Origin: Octopus vulgaris
Lineage: Eukaryota
NCBI GenBank assembly: GCA_951406725.2
Contig: OX597827.1
Location: 23,932,001 to 23,996,000 of the forward strand
Reading direction: 5' to 3'
Length of the DNA stretch: 64,000 nucleotides
Made by a program: the position numbers and the translations under genes. Positions 11,295 to 23,536 of the stretch are shown here, one piece after another. Each line of letters opens with the position of its first letter. Position 1 is the first letter of the stretch. The notes under the pieces were generated by a model. The model was not told the origin of the DNA. It did not search any database and saw nothing but the letters and a program-made list of their open reading frames with translations.

Positions 11295-13835
11295 ATTGTT
11301 ATTCTGCAAAAGTGTTGTATGTCCAAAATGTTGCTTTTTCAGAAAATGAAAAAATATCGAAAAACTGTATCTTGGCATCTGAAGCAGCTGGACGTACGAT
11401 AGTTTGACCAAAAGAATCAGCTATTGCAAACAAAATCAAATATTGATAAAAAAAAATGCATATACACACACACACACTATTTATGTTGTTGATAAGTTGT
11501 AGTTGCTGCCAGATCCAAACTAATTGAAGTTCAGATTTCTAACTAGACATTATCTGTATAAGTGTATGTGTATATATATATACACACGTATGTATACAGT
11601 GTTGACCTATAGCATTTATAAGGTAATTATTAAAAATGTTCAGCATCCTGCATCAATAATAACAATACGTGTGTGTGTGTGTGCAGGTGTGGGTGGAGGG
11701 AGATAGTGGAGGAGGAATTGGCACCGACCATGACCACCGCAGCCAAAAGTTCAGATGAACACAATGTAAATAAATCAATAATGATATTGTAATGGAAAAC
11801 ACTAATCAACATTATCATTTCATAAGTAAGAGGCTGAGGAAAAGGTTGACACACACACAGACACACACACACACACACACACACACAAATATATATATTT
11901 ATACACATGCATATGAAGAAATATGTATACACATGTATGTATATGTGTATATGAGCGTAAGCATGTATGTATGTATGTATGGTATGTGTGTGTGTATGTA
12001 TATATATATATTGTGTGTATGCATGCATATATGGTTGTGTGTGTGTATGGTATGTATGTGAGGGTGTGGATTTAGTAGACAGAAACTGAAAGGAGACCAT
12101 CATGTGTGTGTGTGTGTGTCTTTGTGCCTGTCCACCCACTGACCCTGCTCCGCCACTACTTGACAATTGGGGGTCAGTTCATTTATACCGGACACAGTAG
12201 TTTGGGAAAGAAGACCAAGAGAAAAGTAATCGAGTTAAGAAAAAAAAAGCCTGTGCTGGGGTTGATTCGTTCAACTAAACCCTGCAAGGCAGTGCCCCAG
12301 CATGGCCAGAGTCCAATGCCTGAAACAAGTCAAAGATAAAGATATATACATACAAGCCCACCCACCCAGACACACATACATAAATACATACATACATACA
12401 TATATATATATATATCATCATGATCATCATCATCGTTTAACGTCTGTTTTCCATGCTAACATGGGTTGGACGGTATACACACACACGTTTTCTTCTTTAA
12501 CAATCAGCAGAAGTCAGAGAGTGACTCAAGAGGACTGAAAGTGTCAAGTGTTAGCACTAATCATACATGCCAAAACACGAAACTCTCAGCCCCTGAGTTA
12601 CTCGGCTGCTTCTGCTAAATATTTATATCATCATCATCATTGTCGTCGTCGTTTAACGTCCGCTTTCCATGCTGGCATGGGTTGGACGGTTTGACTGGGG
12701 ACTGGTGAGCCAAGTAGCTGCACAAGGCTCCAATCTGATCTGGCAGTGTTTCTACAGCTGGATGCCCTTCCTAATGCCAACCACTCCATAAAGTGTAGTA
12801 GGTGCCTTTTATATGTCACCGGCACACGCCACGACTACAATTTTATTTATATATATATATCTTTTATCTTTTACTTGTTTCAGTCATCTGACTCTGACCA
12901 TGCTGAAGCACCACCTTTTTAGTTGAGGCCAGTACCCACTGATTGGCTCAGATGCCAGGACCGCCTGACTGGCTCCTGTGCCAGGGGCACGTAAAAGGCA
13001 CCATCCGAACATGGCCGATGCCAGTACTCTGTGCCGGTGGCACATAAAAGCACCCACTACACTCTCGGAGTGGTTGGCGTTAGGAAGGGCATCCAGCTGT
13101 AGAAACTTGTCTGATCAGACTGGAGCCTTCTGCAACTGCTAGCTCTCCAGACCTCAGTCAAACTGTCCAACCCATGCCAGCATAGAAAGCAGACGTTAAA
13201 CAATGATGACGATGAATCAACCCTAGTAATTTTTTTTTTAAATCCTGGTCCTTATTCTCTCAGACCAAACTGCTCAGTTACAGGGACGTAAACAAACCAA
13301 CAATGGTTGTCAAGTGGTCGAGTAGAGGACACACACAGACACAAAGACACACACATATAGATATACATATATACAATGGGCTTCTTTCAGTTTCCATCTA
13401 CCAAATCCACTCACAAGGCTTTTGGTCAGCTTGGCTATAATAGAAGACACTTGCCCAAGATGCCATGCAGTAGGACTGAACCCAGAACCATGTGGTTGGG
13501 AAGAAAACTTCTTACCACACAGCTACATCTGTGCTTGTATATACACAAGCACAGCTTGATGTGAGAATTTCTACTCAAGAGTATTAACGACCATGTTATA
13601 TGATTAATAGATCCTCATAAAACTAATTAACAAAATAATCTTAGCACCAGAAATAATTATGCTCTACGCTTCTGTATTGAGTACCCTTTCCGCTTATATG
13701 TAAACTCAAACATACACGTGTGAGTGTGTGTGTGCATGCATGTGTTAGACATAAATATAATTATATAGATGAAGAAACCTGCAGAAATGCTTATATACAT
13801 ATCAACACAGAACTACGTACAAATGTATGTGTGAG

Positions 13836-13875
<40 letters not shown>

Positions 13876-15549
13876 CACACACACACACACACATATGTAT
13901 ATACACACACATATATATATGCATGTGTATACACATATATATACATATGCATGTGTATACACATATATATACATATGCATGTGTATATGCATGTCTATAC
14001 ATACAGTATATATATATATATATAATGTATGTATATAGAATACATCCAGATGTCTATGTATATGTAGAGATGTGTTGCAGTGTGTGTGTGTGTGTGTTGG
14101 CCAACAGCCAATCCATTGTAAGTCAATTACCACAATAAAACGGCATTAGAACATTGATTATAATCATGTGGGGTTGGGGTGAGGTGGAGGTGCATGTGAG
14201 GGGGGTGAAAATGGCGGCAACAGAGACAGTATCTGGGACTGATGTCTGTGTGTGTATAGATAAGAGTGGTGTGTATGTGTGTATATATCATCATCATTAT
14301 CATTTAGCATCCATCTTCCATGCTGGCATGGGTTGGACAGTTCGACTGGAATTGAGAACCTGGAGAGCTGCACAAGGTTCCGGTCTGATTTGGCAGGGTT
14401 TTTTATGGCCAGATGCCCTTCTTAACACCAACCATTCCAAGAGTGTAATGGGTGTTCTTAATGTGCCACTGGCATGGGTGCTTTTACATTCCACCAGCAA
14501 GGGTTCTGTGCCTAGAGAAATATATATTGCAAGGATCTTTATATTCGTGTGTGTGGGTGTGTATGTCTGATCCTCCTCCTCATCATCATCATCTAACATA
14601 CATTTTCCATGCTGGTATGTGTTGGACAGTTGAACAAAATCCAAAAAGTCACAGGGCCATATTGAGCTCCAGGGTCAGCTTTAGGCATGTGTGTGCTTTT
14701 GTGGTATTCATTTGAGAAAATATGTCTGTAGACTGGTCCACAGGTGAGGCATTTAAAAGTTATGGTGATGAGATCAAATCCTTGCTTTGCACAATGTGTT
14801 CCTATCACTACAATATTACATTGAAAGTGGTTACTACTACTACTACTACAGCCCCCATTACATAGGACTGACTATCACCTCAACTTCTACAATTACTACC
14901 ACCAGCACATGGAGGTGACCACTGGTCCCCTATAAATAACATCAACACCCTTAAAAATACCACTACCCCCACCACTACTACTACTACAACTAATACTACT
15001 GCTTCTACTACCATCACCACTACTACTACTACTACTACTAGATTATGGTGACCATCACAACTGGAAGATAAATAAAATCAACAAAAATGTAATCCAAGTT
15101 GAAAATCCTTTATCTAAAACTCCAAAATCTTTTTGAATGCTGATTTGACACCACAAACGGAGAATTCCACACAAAGTCCTGGCAAGGTTTCCCATGAACA
15201 GCCGTTGTATGCCATTATGACATGTGTCCTTACCTGCTTCGATAGGGGCTTCTCCTCCACCCTACCCCAGCTCAGGTGAGCTGACTGCTTGGCAGCTATC
15301 ACAATAAAACCTTTGCTCTCTTCGTTACTCATTGTGATTCCTGCCCATTTTGTGCTTGGTGGTGTGAAGATGTTGGAAATGTTGAAAGGGCTTGGAGATA
15401 ACCCCACAGGTAACACTGGTTGTTTGTGGGGTTTTCTTTTGGTTTTGGGGGTTTTTTCCTTCCTTCTAATTTTTGTACAGTAAAGCACAAAACATTATTT
15501 TTATGTGAAATCTGAATATCAGTGTAACGTGATTTGCTATCTTTTATCT

Positions 15550-15949
15550 CAACATTTTGGCTGATATACCTTCCAGCCTTCATCAGGTATCTTGGGGAAA
15601 TTTTGAACCTGGGTTCTCATTCCTAAAGTATTTTTTGATGTTATTATTATTAAGGTCACTGCCTGGAATCAAATTTGGAACCTTGGGGTTAGTAGCCTGC
15701 GCTCTTAACCACTACACCACAGGCATATGGCGTGGTGGGTAAGAGCGCAGACTATGAACCCCAAGATTCCAAGTTTGATTCCAGGCAGTGACCTGAATAA
15801 TAATAACATCAAAAAATACTTTAGGAATGAGAACCCAGGTTCGAAATTTCCCCAAGACACCTGATGAAGGCTGGAGGGTTTATCAGCCGAAATGTTGTGT
15901 TAACAATAAACAAGATGAGGACAAATATCCAGCAAGTGTAAATAATGTA
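15550..15949. mobile_element. Head-to-head palindromic tRNA-SINE / Penelope-tail element, copy A
   Basis: Arms of about 170 bp are reverse complements around 15719-15728. Each arm has an A-box-like GGCGTRGTGGTTAAGAGCG, a B-box-like GTTYGATTCC, a (TAA)n spacer and a CTGATGA...GAAA tail. Confidence 0.85.
15856..15901 (+). ncRNA. Minimal type I hammerhead ribozyme motif (Penelope-type), slightly decayed
   Basis: GACAC-CTGATGA-A-GGCTG(gagggtttat)CAGCC-GAAA-TGTT-GTGTT: core boxes, stem II GGCTG/CAGCC, stem I GACAC/GTGTT; stem III consensus across arms is the palindrome AACGTT. Confidence 0.7.
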
Positions 15950-16171
15950 TAAAAAATACTCCAAAATAATAAAAAAAAACCCATCAAATATCTGCATTGC
16001 ATCAGTCCCAGGAATTTCAAATAAAGCATTCCCAACCTGTGGTTTTGCAAATTGCTACTGAGAATTTGTTGATATGAAAGGAATTCATTCCCTTTGACCC
16101 ATCCCCTAAATCCTGAGTCAATGGTCAAAGGTCAGTAGTGAGGATGAGAAAGAAAAAAAAAACAAACTTAC

Positions 16172-16300
16172 CTTTTTCTTCTTTCGATAATCCTGTTTTT
16201 CCTTTTTCTCGGCAATACAGCCATCCACTCGTCTTTCAATATCAATGGAGACCACAGCAAATGGGCGACTGGCCATCTGCTCCAGCTCAGCAAACATACG
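16172..16300 (-). CDS. ATRN: Attractin-like protein, cytoplasmic exon with MASRPF motif
   Basis: Acceptor gtttccttttcccag, donor aag|gtaagt; 129 nt, phase 0 to 0; RMFAELEQMASRPFAVVSIDIERRVDGCIAEKKEKQDYRKKKK; QMASRPF is the attractin/MEGF8 signature. Confidence 0.95.
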
Positions 16301-16723
16301 CTGGGAAAAGGAAACACAGCGATTAGGGCAACTGGAAAAGGTTCCGTTTGTGACAGCTGGTGGGGTGTGGCAGATGATGGGGTGGAGGAGCTGTTACAAG
16401 TGCAGGACAGTGGTGGTGAGGAAGGAGGTAGTTGAAATGTGTAGGAGAGCTGGTAGTGTAGGGCATGTTGTGGAGTGGGGGAGCATTATTACATTGTATG
16501 TGACAGCCAGTAGAATGGGGGCAGATGGTGGTGGTGGAAGGGCTGTCACAGGTGGTGGTGATCTGACATGACATTGTTGAGTTACACTGTGTGGGACAAG
16601 TGGTGGAGGGCAGAGAGTGAAATGTGTGTGTGTGTGTGTGTGAGACTGCTGGTTCAGACGAGGGTGTCACGAGTGTGACAGTTGATAGAGTGAAGTAGAG
16701 CTGTTACATGTGGGAAAGCTGAT

Positions 16724-16935
16724 GGAGCAAGAGATTACATGTGGCAGCTGGTAGAGGATTACACTTATCACAGTTAGGGAAAGGCAGATGATTATAAGAG
16801 GTGGAAGTTAGGAAGGGAAATGACTGCACATGTAGCATTCTGGAAATGAGCTGGTCACACATGTAGCATTCAGAGATGGGAGTTGCCTCACATGTAGCAT
16901 TCAGGAGAGGTGGTGGCTGCACATGTAACATTTAG
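16724..16935. repeat. Degenerate ~30-bp minisatellite
   Basis: Recurring CACATGTAGCATTC at about 16827, 16858 and 16888, with a variant at about 16920. Confidence 0.7.
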
Positions 16936-17058
16936 ATGACTACATTTGTGGCAGTTAAAGGTTTGCTTCAGCTCAGCTCTACTGCTTTACACCTCAATAT
17001 TGAACATGGATATGACAATGATGATGATGATGGCAAAGATGCAAACAGCCTGGCTTAC

Positions 17059-17137
17059 CTGTCGTCTCCTGTAGACATCATACTTTTGTTTGATTTTCCA
17101 GAATATTGCTGCAATCAGTAGCAATGATAGGAAACAA
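17059..17137 (-). CDS. ATRN: Attractin-like protein, exon with transmembrane C-terminal half and stop-transfer segment
   Basis: Acceptor tctctctacatttcag, donor cag|gtaagc; 79 nt, phase 2 to 0; translates CFLSLLLIAAIFWKIKQKYDVYRRRQ, matching the attractin family CFLSLLLxAAxxWKIKQ segment. The symbol denotes the family; ATRN vs ATRNL1 cannot be resolved in an invertebrate. Confidence 0.93.
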
Positions 17138-18035
17138 CTGAAATGTAGAGAGAAGACAGATATATTACTGACAGCAGAGAAGTACTGAGACACACAGACA
17201 CATCGTTGAATCACTGGTAGCATAGAGAGGACAGACACATCACTGAGCTAATTAGATTACTCCAGAACAGTCATGGACAAACTATAGCCGACAGGGCTTC
17301 CCAAATACCATGTCTAATGAAAAATTATTTTGAATTTTTCTAATCGTACAGCCTGTTTCTTGTAAAAGATTTCCCATGTCTGCTCTGGAAAGTAACATTT
17401 CAAAATAAACTTATTATTTTGTCTGTTGTTTTTGCTGAATAAATTCTAAACCTGTCATTACAGCATTTGATAGTGGAGCTGTGAGTTCAATACTTGTTTA
17501 TTAGCCTACTTCAACCTTAGTTGGGGGCCATACAGTACAATGCATCCCAGTGATAGCATAAACCCCTCTGGGATTTGAACATAGAACAAGGAGTAGAGTG
17601 AAGAACAGTGGGGCATTCGATATAATACACAACCATTTCTGGCACTCTATCTTGGCAGAATCGATAGAGCAATGGACAAAATACCTTGCACAATCTACTT
17701 GGACCACTCTACATTGTGAGTTCAAATCCTACCAAAATCAGTTTCAACATTCATCATTCCAGGATGTGTGGCTCTGTGGTAATTTCAAATAACAACAACA
17801 ACGATAATAATAATAATCATTCTCTCTTTTTCACATGGCCTCAACTTTGGCAACAAACATTGAATACCATTGTGTCTGTGATAAACATTCAAACTAAGAA
17901 ACATGATATTTTGAAAGTTAATTACCAAATGTAATTAGAGCTGTGGCAATTATGTTTAGTAATAACAACACTTGGAAAAAAAACGTGTGTTGAGTGAGGA
18001 ACACAATAGACTTATCTTCACAAGTATTAGTAAAC

Positions 18036-18390
18036 ATAGTGGTCGTATACTGTCAACTCAATGTGACAGTCCCGTAAGGGAATTACACCACCGCCATTTA
18101 GCCCTAGGAAACATCGATGTCTCCTGTTGGCTTTGACACATTTTCTGTGAAGGTGTTGCAGTCATCTCAGCAAGCGAGGCAGGCTACCCTGAACTAATGA
18201 CAAGCAATAGACTCAGAAACATATGTCTTCAGGTGCTTAGTCCCAGCTGGTGGGGGTGATTGCCTCCCCTTTGCAAATATAAGGACACAGAAAATGTGTC
18301 AAAGCCGACAGATGTTTCCTAGGGCTAAATGGCAGTGGTGTAATTCCTTTACGGGACTGTCACATTGAGTTGACAGTATACGACCACTAT
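18036..18390. mobile_element. MITE with about 110-bp TIRs
   Basis: ATAGTGGTCGTATACTGTCAACTCAATGTGACAGTCCCGTAAGGGAATTACACCAC... has a near-perfect reverse complement ending at 18390. Confidence 0.85.
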
Positions 18391-19393
18391 ATCGCCCCAC
18401 CACTGCTTATGTCTCTCTAAGACATTTAGAAATTCAATATTTCTAATTATTAGTAAACAATTCAAAAGTTTGGTCGGGATTCTTTGACGAAAAAAGTCAA
18501 CCAAAAACAGGATTCCTTCCTTTCCATCATAATAAACTAATTTGTTCCACTTTTCAACTATTTGTTCTCCACCCTTTACCCAAACTGACCATCACTCCTT
18601 ACCTCGGATTTTACATTTTATTATATTAAGCAACCATTGATTTTAAACTGAGGTCCACATGACCCTTGGGGGTCCAAGTAAGATTTTTTTTTTGTTAAAA
18701 TTACTCAGCCATAAAATTGTTTATATTTATTTCTACAAAAGACAAAATATTTTAACAATTTCTTTTTTTTTTTACATACAGTTCCTAATAATATTTAATT
18801 ATAAAAATGTAATAGGATTTTTAAACATTGAATGGTTTTGAGGGTCCACTTGAGTAAAACAGAAATGAAAGGGGTCCGTTGGCAAAAAAAAAAAAAAAGG
18901 GTTGAGAAACACTGTATTATATTAAACAACCATTGAACTCATTAGGTTTGCTCTCTCAACAATTTGAGCAATGCTTAGTTCTGCATGCAGACATTCCGTG
19001 TGTGTGTGTATGTGTGTTCAGTCATGCACGTGTATGTGCAACAAATATGTGTATCGTAAATGGCGAACTCGCAAGGAGTTGTGCAATTAAAGCAATGGTG
19101 CAGTTGTGCTGGTGGTGAAAGGTGCAGTGGTGACGACGATGGCGGCAGCGGCTATGAAGCAGGTAGCAGCGGTTGGGTGAGGTGGAGCGTGTAAGGTGTA
19201 AGGTTTCTGGTTGGAAATAGCTACATAACTGAAAACAGCAGTGGTGGTGGTGGTGGTGGTGGAGATGTGTGTGGAGAGAGAGAGAGAGAAAGAGAGAAGG
19301 GAGTGTTACTGTAATCAGTAAAACTCTCAACACCATCCTCTTCCCCCCCCCCACACACACACACGCCACACATCGTTAACAATACATATTTGC

Positions 19394-19424
<31 letters not shown>

Positions 19425-19892
19425 TGTACATGTGCACAGGTATGCATGTACACACATTCTTCTCATGACTACTTCCAAATTCTCATTTACGGAGTTTTGG
19501 TTGGTTACAGTTATCAGTTCGCTGAAACAGATGGTTTACAGCCTTCACTTCCACCCTAACTACCTCACACACGTGTGTGTGTGTGCGTGTATTATGAGGT
19601 ATTAAGAAGAAAGAGAACTCAATACATGAGTTGAGTTTTCACATTCATTGAGGCAACTTCAGGTCCCGAACTTCAAAGATTCTTTCCTGAAATGGAACTG
19701 GTCTCAGTCAGAAACCATTCCATCATCCCTCTCCCAACCTCCCTCTCTGCCCCTCTTTCTCTCTCTCTCCTTGCAGATATTTGTCCATAGATAAGTTATA
19801 TTTCAGAAGGACATGATTTTAGTTTTATTATACATTTGCAAAATGGATTGCTCTTTATGCACCTTGGATACATACAAACATAAGTGTAGCTG

Positions 19893-20183
19893 TGTGCACG
19901 GCCTAGTGGTTAGGGTTTTGTGCTCGCGACCACTAGACCATGGGTTCGATTCCTAGAACCAGTGGGGTAGTGTCCTTGAGCAAAACACTTCATTTCAGTG
20001 TTGCTCCAGTCCACTCAGCCGTAAATGGGTCACCCCCGCAATGGAATAGCCTTCCGATCAGGGGCAATGTTGGTCCAATCTCCTAACCAGTGACGTGGCT
20101 TCATTCAGAACCTAAAACAGTGCAAAGTGCATTGTGACCAGTGATGTATAACAACATCCGATAGTCCAGTCAGTCATGTGATA
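19893..20183 (+). mobile_element. tRNA-derived SINE
   Basis: A box GGCCTAGTGGTTAGG, B box GGGTTCGATTCC, then a CTTGAGCAAAACACTT...CAGTCCACTCAGC core. Confidence 0.7.
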
Positions 20184-21436
20184 TATACATAATACATTGT
20201 TTGATGGTGGATTTTAGGTACCAGGTCCTGTCTGAGCACTAATTGTCAGCATCTACTGTGGTCATGCTGCAGCACTGCCTTTAGCTGAATAAACTGACCC
20301 CAGGACTTATTCTTTGTAAACCTAGTACTTATTCTATTGCTCTCTTTTGCTGAACTGCTAAGTTACGGGTGTGTAAACACACCAACACTGGCTGTCAAGC
20401 AACAGTAGGGGGACAAACAGACACACACACACACACACACACACACATATGATGGGCTTCTTTCAATTTACGCCTACCAAATCCATTCATAAGGCTTTGG
20501 TTTGCCCAAGGCTATAATAGAAGACACTTGCCCAAGGTGCCATGCAGTGGGACTGAATCTGGAACCATGTGGTTGGTAAGCAAGCTTCTTACCACACAGC
20601 CATACCTGCACCTATCAGCCCACTCAAAAGTACCTTGGATTGTAGGGTGACATGCTGTGCTTGAGGAGACCTATTGAATCAAGTACATCAATATCAAATC
20701 AAATGGAAATTGTAGTTATGAACCCTGTGCCGGTAGCATGCAAAAAGCACCATCCAAACGCGGCCGATGCCAATACCACTTTGACTGGCTTCAATGCTAG
20801 TGGCATGTAAAAAGCACACTCTAGGAGTGGTTGGCATTAGGAAGGGCATCCAGCTGTAGAAACACTGCCAGATAAGACTGGAGCCTGGTACAGTCTCCTG
20901 GTTTCCCAGACCTCAGTTGAACTGTCCAACCCATGCCAGCATGGAAAACGAACGTTAAACGATGATGATGATACATATACACACACACACATATGTATGT
21001 GTGCGTATATATATATATAGGTGACAAATTGCTAATGCCATTAGAGTGGCATTTGTTTCAACTGTCTGTACTCTGAGTGAAATTCCTGTCAAGAATTTAA
21101 TCTTTCCCTCCTTTTGGTGGTGAGGGGCAATAAAATAATGTATTGGCCCAGAGCAGTGGATTTTAAGGTATAGGACAAGGTACCATGTGGAATCTGTTCC
21201 AGTTGTATGTGTACCAGGTTTCTGAAAGGTAGATGTAATCCAAAACCCAGTGCAACCACCTGGGCCTTCACTACATTTAGCAAAGACTATTCTATTGCAA
21301 GCCATTCAGAAAGGTCACTAGTTTAAGGTTAATTTGGTTCCTTCATCCTACAAGTTATGGGGACACTGAAAAAATAACCTGTCAACTACACACACACACA
21401 CACACACATATATATAAATATATATAAGGAAGGTAA

Positions 21437-21541
21437 GACAAGGTAGAAAATGCTAAAATAATTCTATCATGAAGAACATTTTAGTACCGCTGCTAAAATG
21501 TTCTTCATGATAAAATTATTTTAGCGTTTTCTACCTTGTCA
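21437..21541. repeat. Inverted repeat with about 50-bp arms, probably Penelope-derived
   Basis: GACAAGGTAGAAAATGCTAAAATAATTCTATCATGAAGAACATTTTAG / CTAAAATGTTCTTCATGATAAAATTATTTTAGCGTTTTCTACCTTGTC; the inversion is seen directly, the origin is inferred. Confidence 0.7.
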
Positions 21542-22261
21542 TATTTTACTTATACATATCAAATCGTGTGTCCATTTTCAACCTTCTACATATATATATA
21601 TAGCCATTGTCATGATTTTAATGTCCTCTTTTCCAAGCTTATATGGATCAGATGAATCTCCCAGAAGTAGATTTTCTACAGCCAGATGTTCTTTCTCTTA
21701 ACATCCATTGGTTTCCAAGTGATGTAACATTTTCCCATGCTCTTCAGCATGGACAGTACAATAACTATACTATGTCAACAAGACAAGACATAAATCCACT
21801 CATCTCTCTCAATATATATATATATATGTGTGTGTTATAAGAAGAATGGAGTAAATGCATTTTATTTCTTTAATTTACAATTTTAATACCATCAATCTTA
21901 CAATATTATATAATAATAGATACATATTTTAATACATGTCATTTTATACACATTTCTGAAGAATCTTATTCAACATGTGTTATTAATGTTTGCCTGAATG
22001 GCACAAAGGGAGTAGTCAATAACTGCAGGTATTACAACATAATGTTGCAAAACTGATGGTACTGAATTAAGATAAAACTATTTTAAATTGAAGTAGCAAA
22101 ATGATTTGCTCAATCCATCCTTCTTGATAAAAATGAAATGGGTATTTGTGGCTTTTCAGACATTTGTTTAGTAGAACAAACGCTCTCTGGCTTTTACCTT
22201 TGTCTGATAGCCAATATGGATTATACAGTAAGCACCTGGATTAAATACCCCAATGAAATTA

Positions 22262-22298
<37 letters not shown>

Positions 22299-22499
22299 AA
22301 ACCCTTGTGTTGGTGCCCCATAAAAAACACTGGTGCTATGGAAAATGCTACCAGTACACTCAGTAAAATGGTTGGCATTAGGAAACCATACCAAAACAGA
22401 CAATTGAAGCCTGGTGCTACTCTCTGGCTTGCCAGCTCTTGTCAAACCATCCAACCCATGCCAGCATGGAAAAGAGGCATTGAATAATGATGATCATAA

Positions 22500-22536
<37 letters not shown>

Positions 22537-22991
22537 TACACACACACACACACAGATATAACACTTTACTGAAACTGAAAAACTTGCAAAAATTGTTGTT
22601 CCATGTATTGTGTAAACCGTTCATTGGACAGACTCAAGTTTTTGGAACAATTATGATGTTTCGTAAATGTTTACAAATGATACAGTGGTACTTATTTGTT
22701 AAAACCCTAAATAATCATTTATAGGTGATTGGAGAGGATGGTGGGGATATGACTTTTCAAAATTCATGGAATCAATCAACTGTTGGAACATGATATAAAC
22801 ATTAAAACAAGTGAAAGTTGAACAACAGGGAATGACATGAATCACATTGGTACGGTTATAAAAATCCCCCAAAACATCGTTTTAGAAATGAAGAATTCAA
22901 GGAAAACAGAGCAGAAATAAAAGTCATTAAAAACACAAAAAGGGAAAAATGAGAATTACAGAACAAATAAATAAATGGAACATATAATATG

Positions 22992-23023
<32 letters not shown>

Positions 23024-23536
23024 TATTTATGTAATAGCATTATATGGAAAACTCAGCAATCTACAGCTGTTACCATTGCACAGAAACAATTGTTGTGATT
23101 TGTGATTAAAGCCTGTTCATTCCATCTCCTTGTCTTAAATATATTTATCTTTTTTTTTTTTGTGAGTAACACCCAAGCATTTCAAATTGTGGAAGTTGTT
23201 CCCCTTTAGATTATTTATTTTCTAAATTATTCAATGCAGTCTCTAATTATTGCCTGGAATAACTTTTTTTTTCAAAAGTTCATTTTCCTATCTCATACAG
23301 CTCAACTAATGTTTTTATGTTCATAAAGTCTCATGACCAAATTAATTCTCTCCTTTTTCTCATTAGTAAATCTAATCAATTTATAACACACCATGTGATG
23401 TCACATTACGTATTTCTATATACATTATCCCACTGTTAATCATTCTATTTCCTATATTCCACTTTAGAGAGCTTATTTACTTATTACACTGTGCTCATAT
23501 GCAACACACTATGTATCTGTATAGCATCTTTCTTAT

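Noticed and set aside
15114-15488. 124-aa minus-strand ORF with an internal cag|gtaagg donor
   Set aside because: No polypyrimidine acceptor and no attractin similarity; the flanking exons already join in phase with collinear homology.
16724-16935. Regularly spaced CACATGTAGCATTC resembling a CRISPR array
   Set aside because: Eukaryotic DNA; repeats too short, spacers related to one another, no cas genes. It is a minisatellite.
19893-19965. Functional tRNA gene
   Set aside because: The A and B boxes lead into a SINE body and no full cloverleaf is evident.
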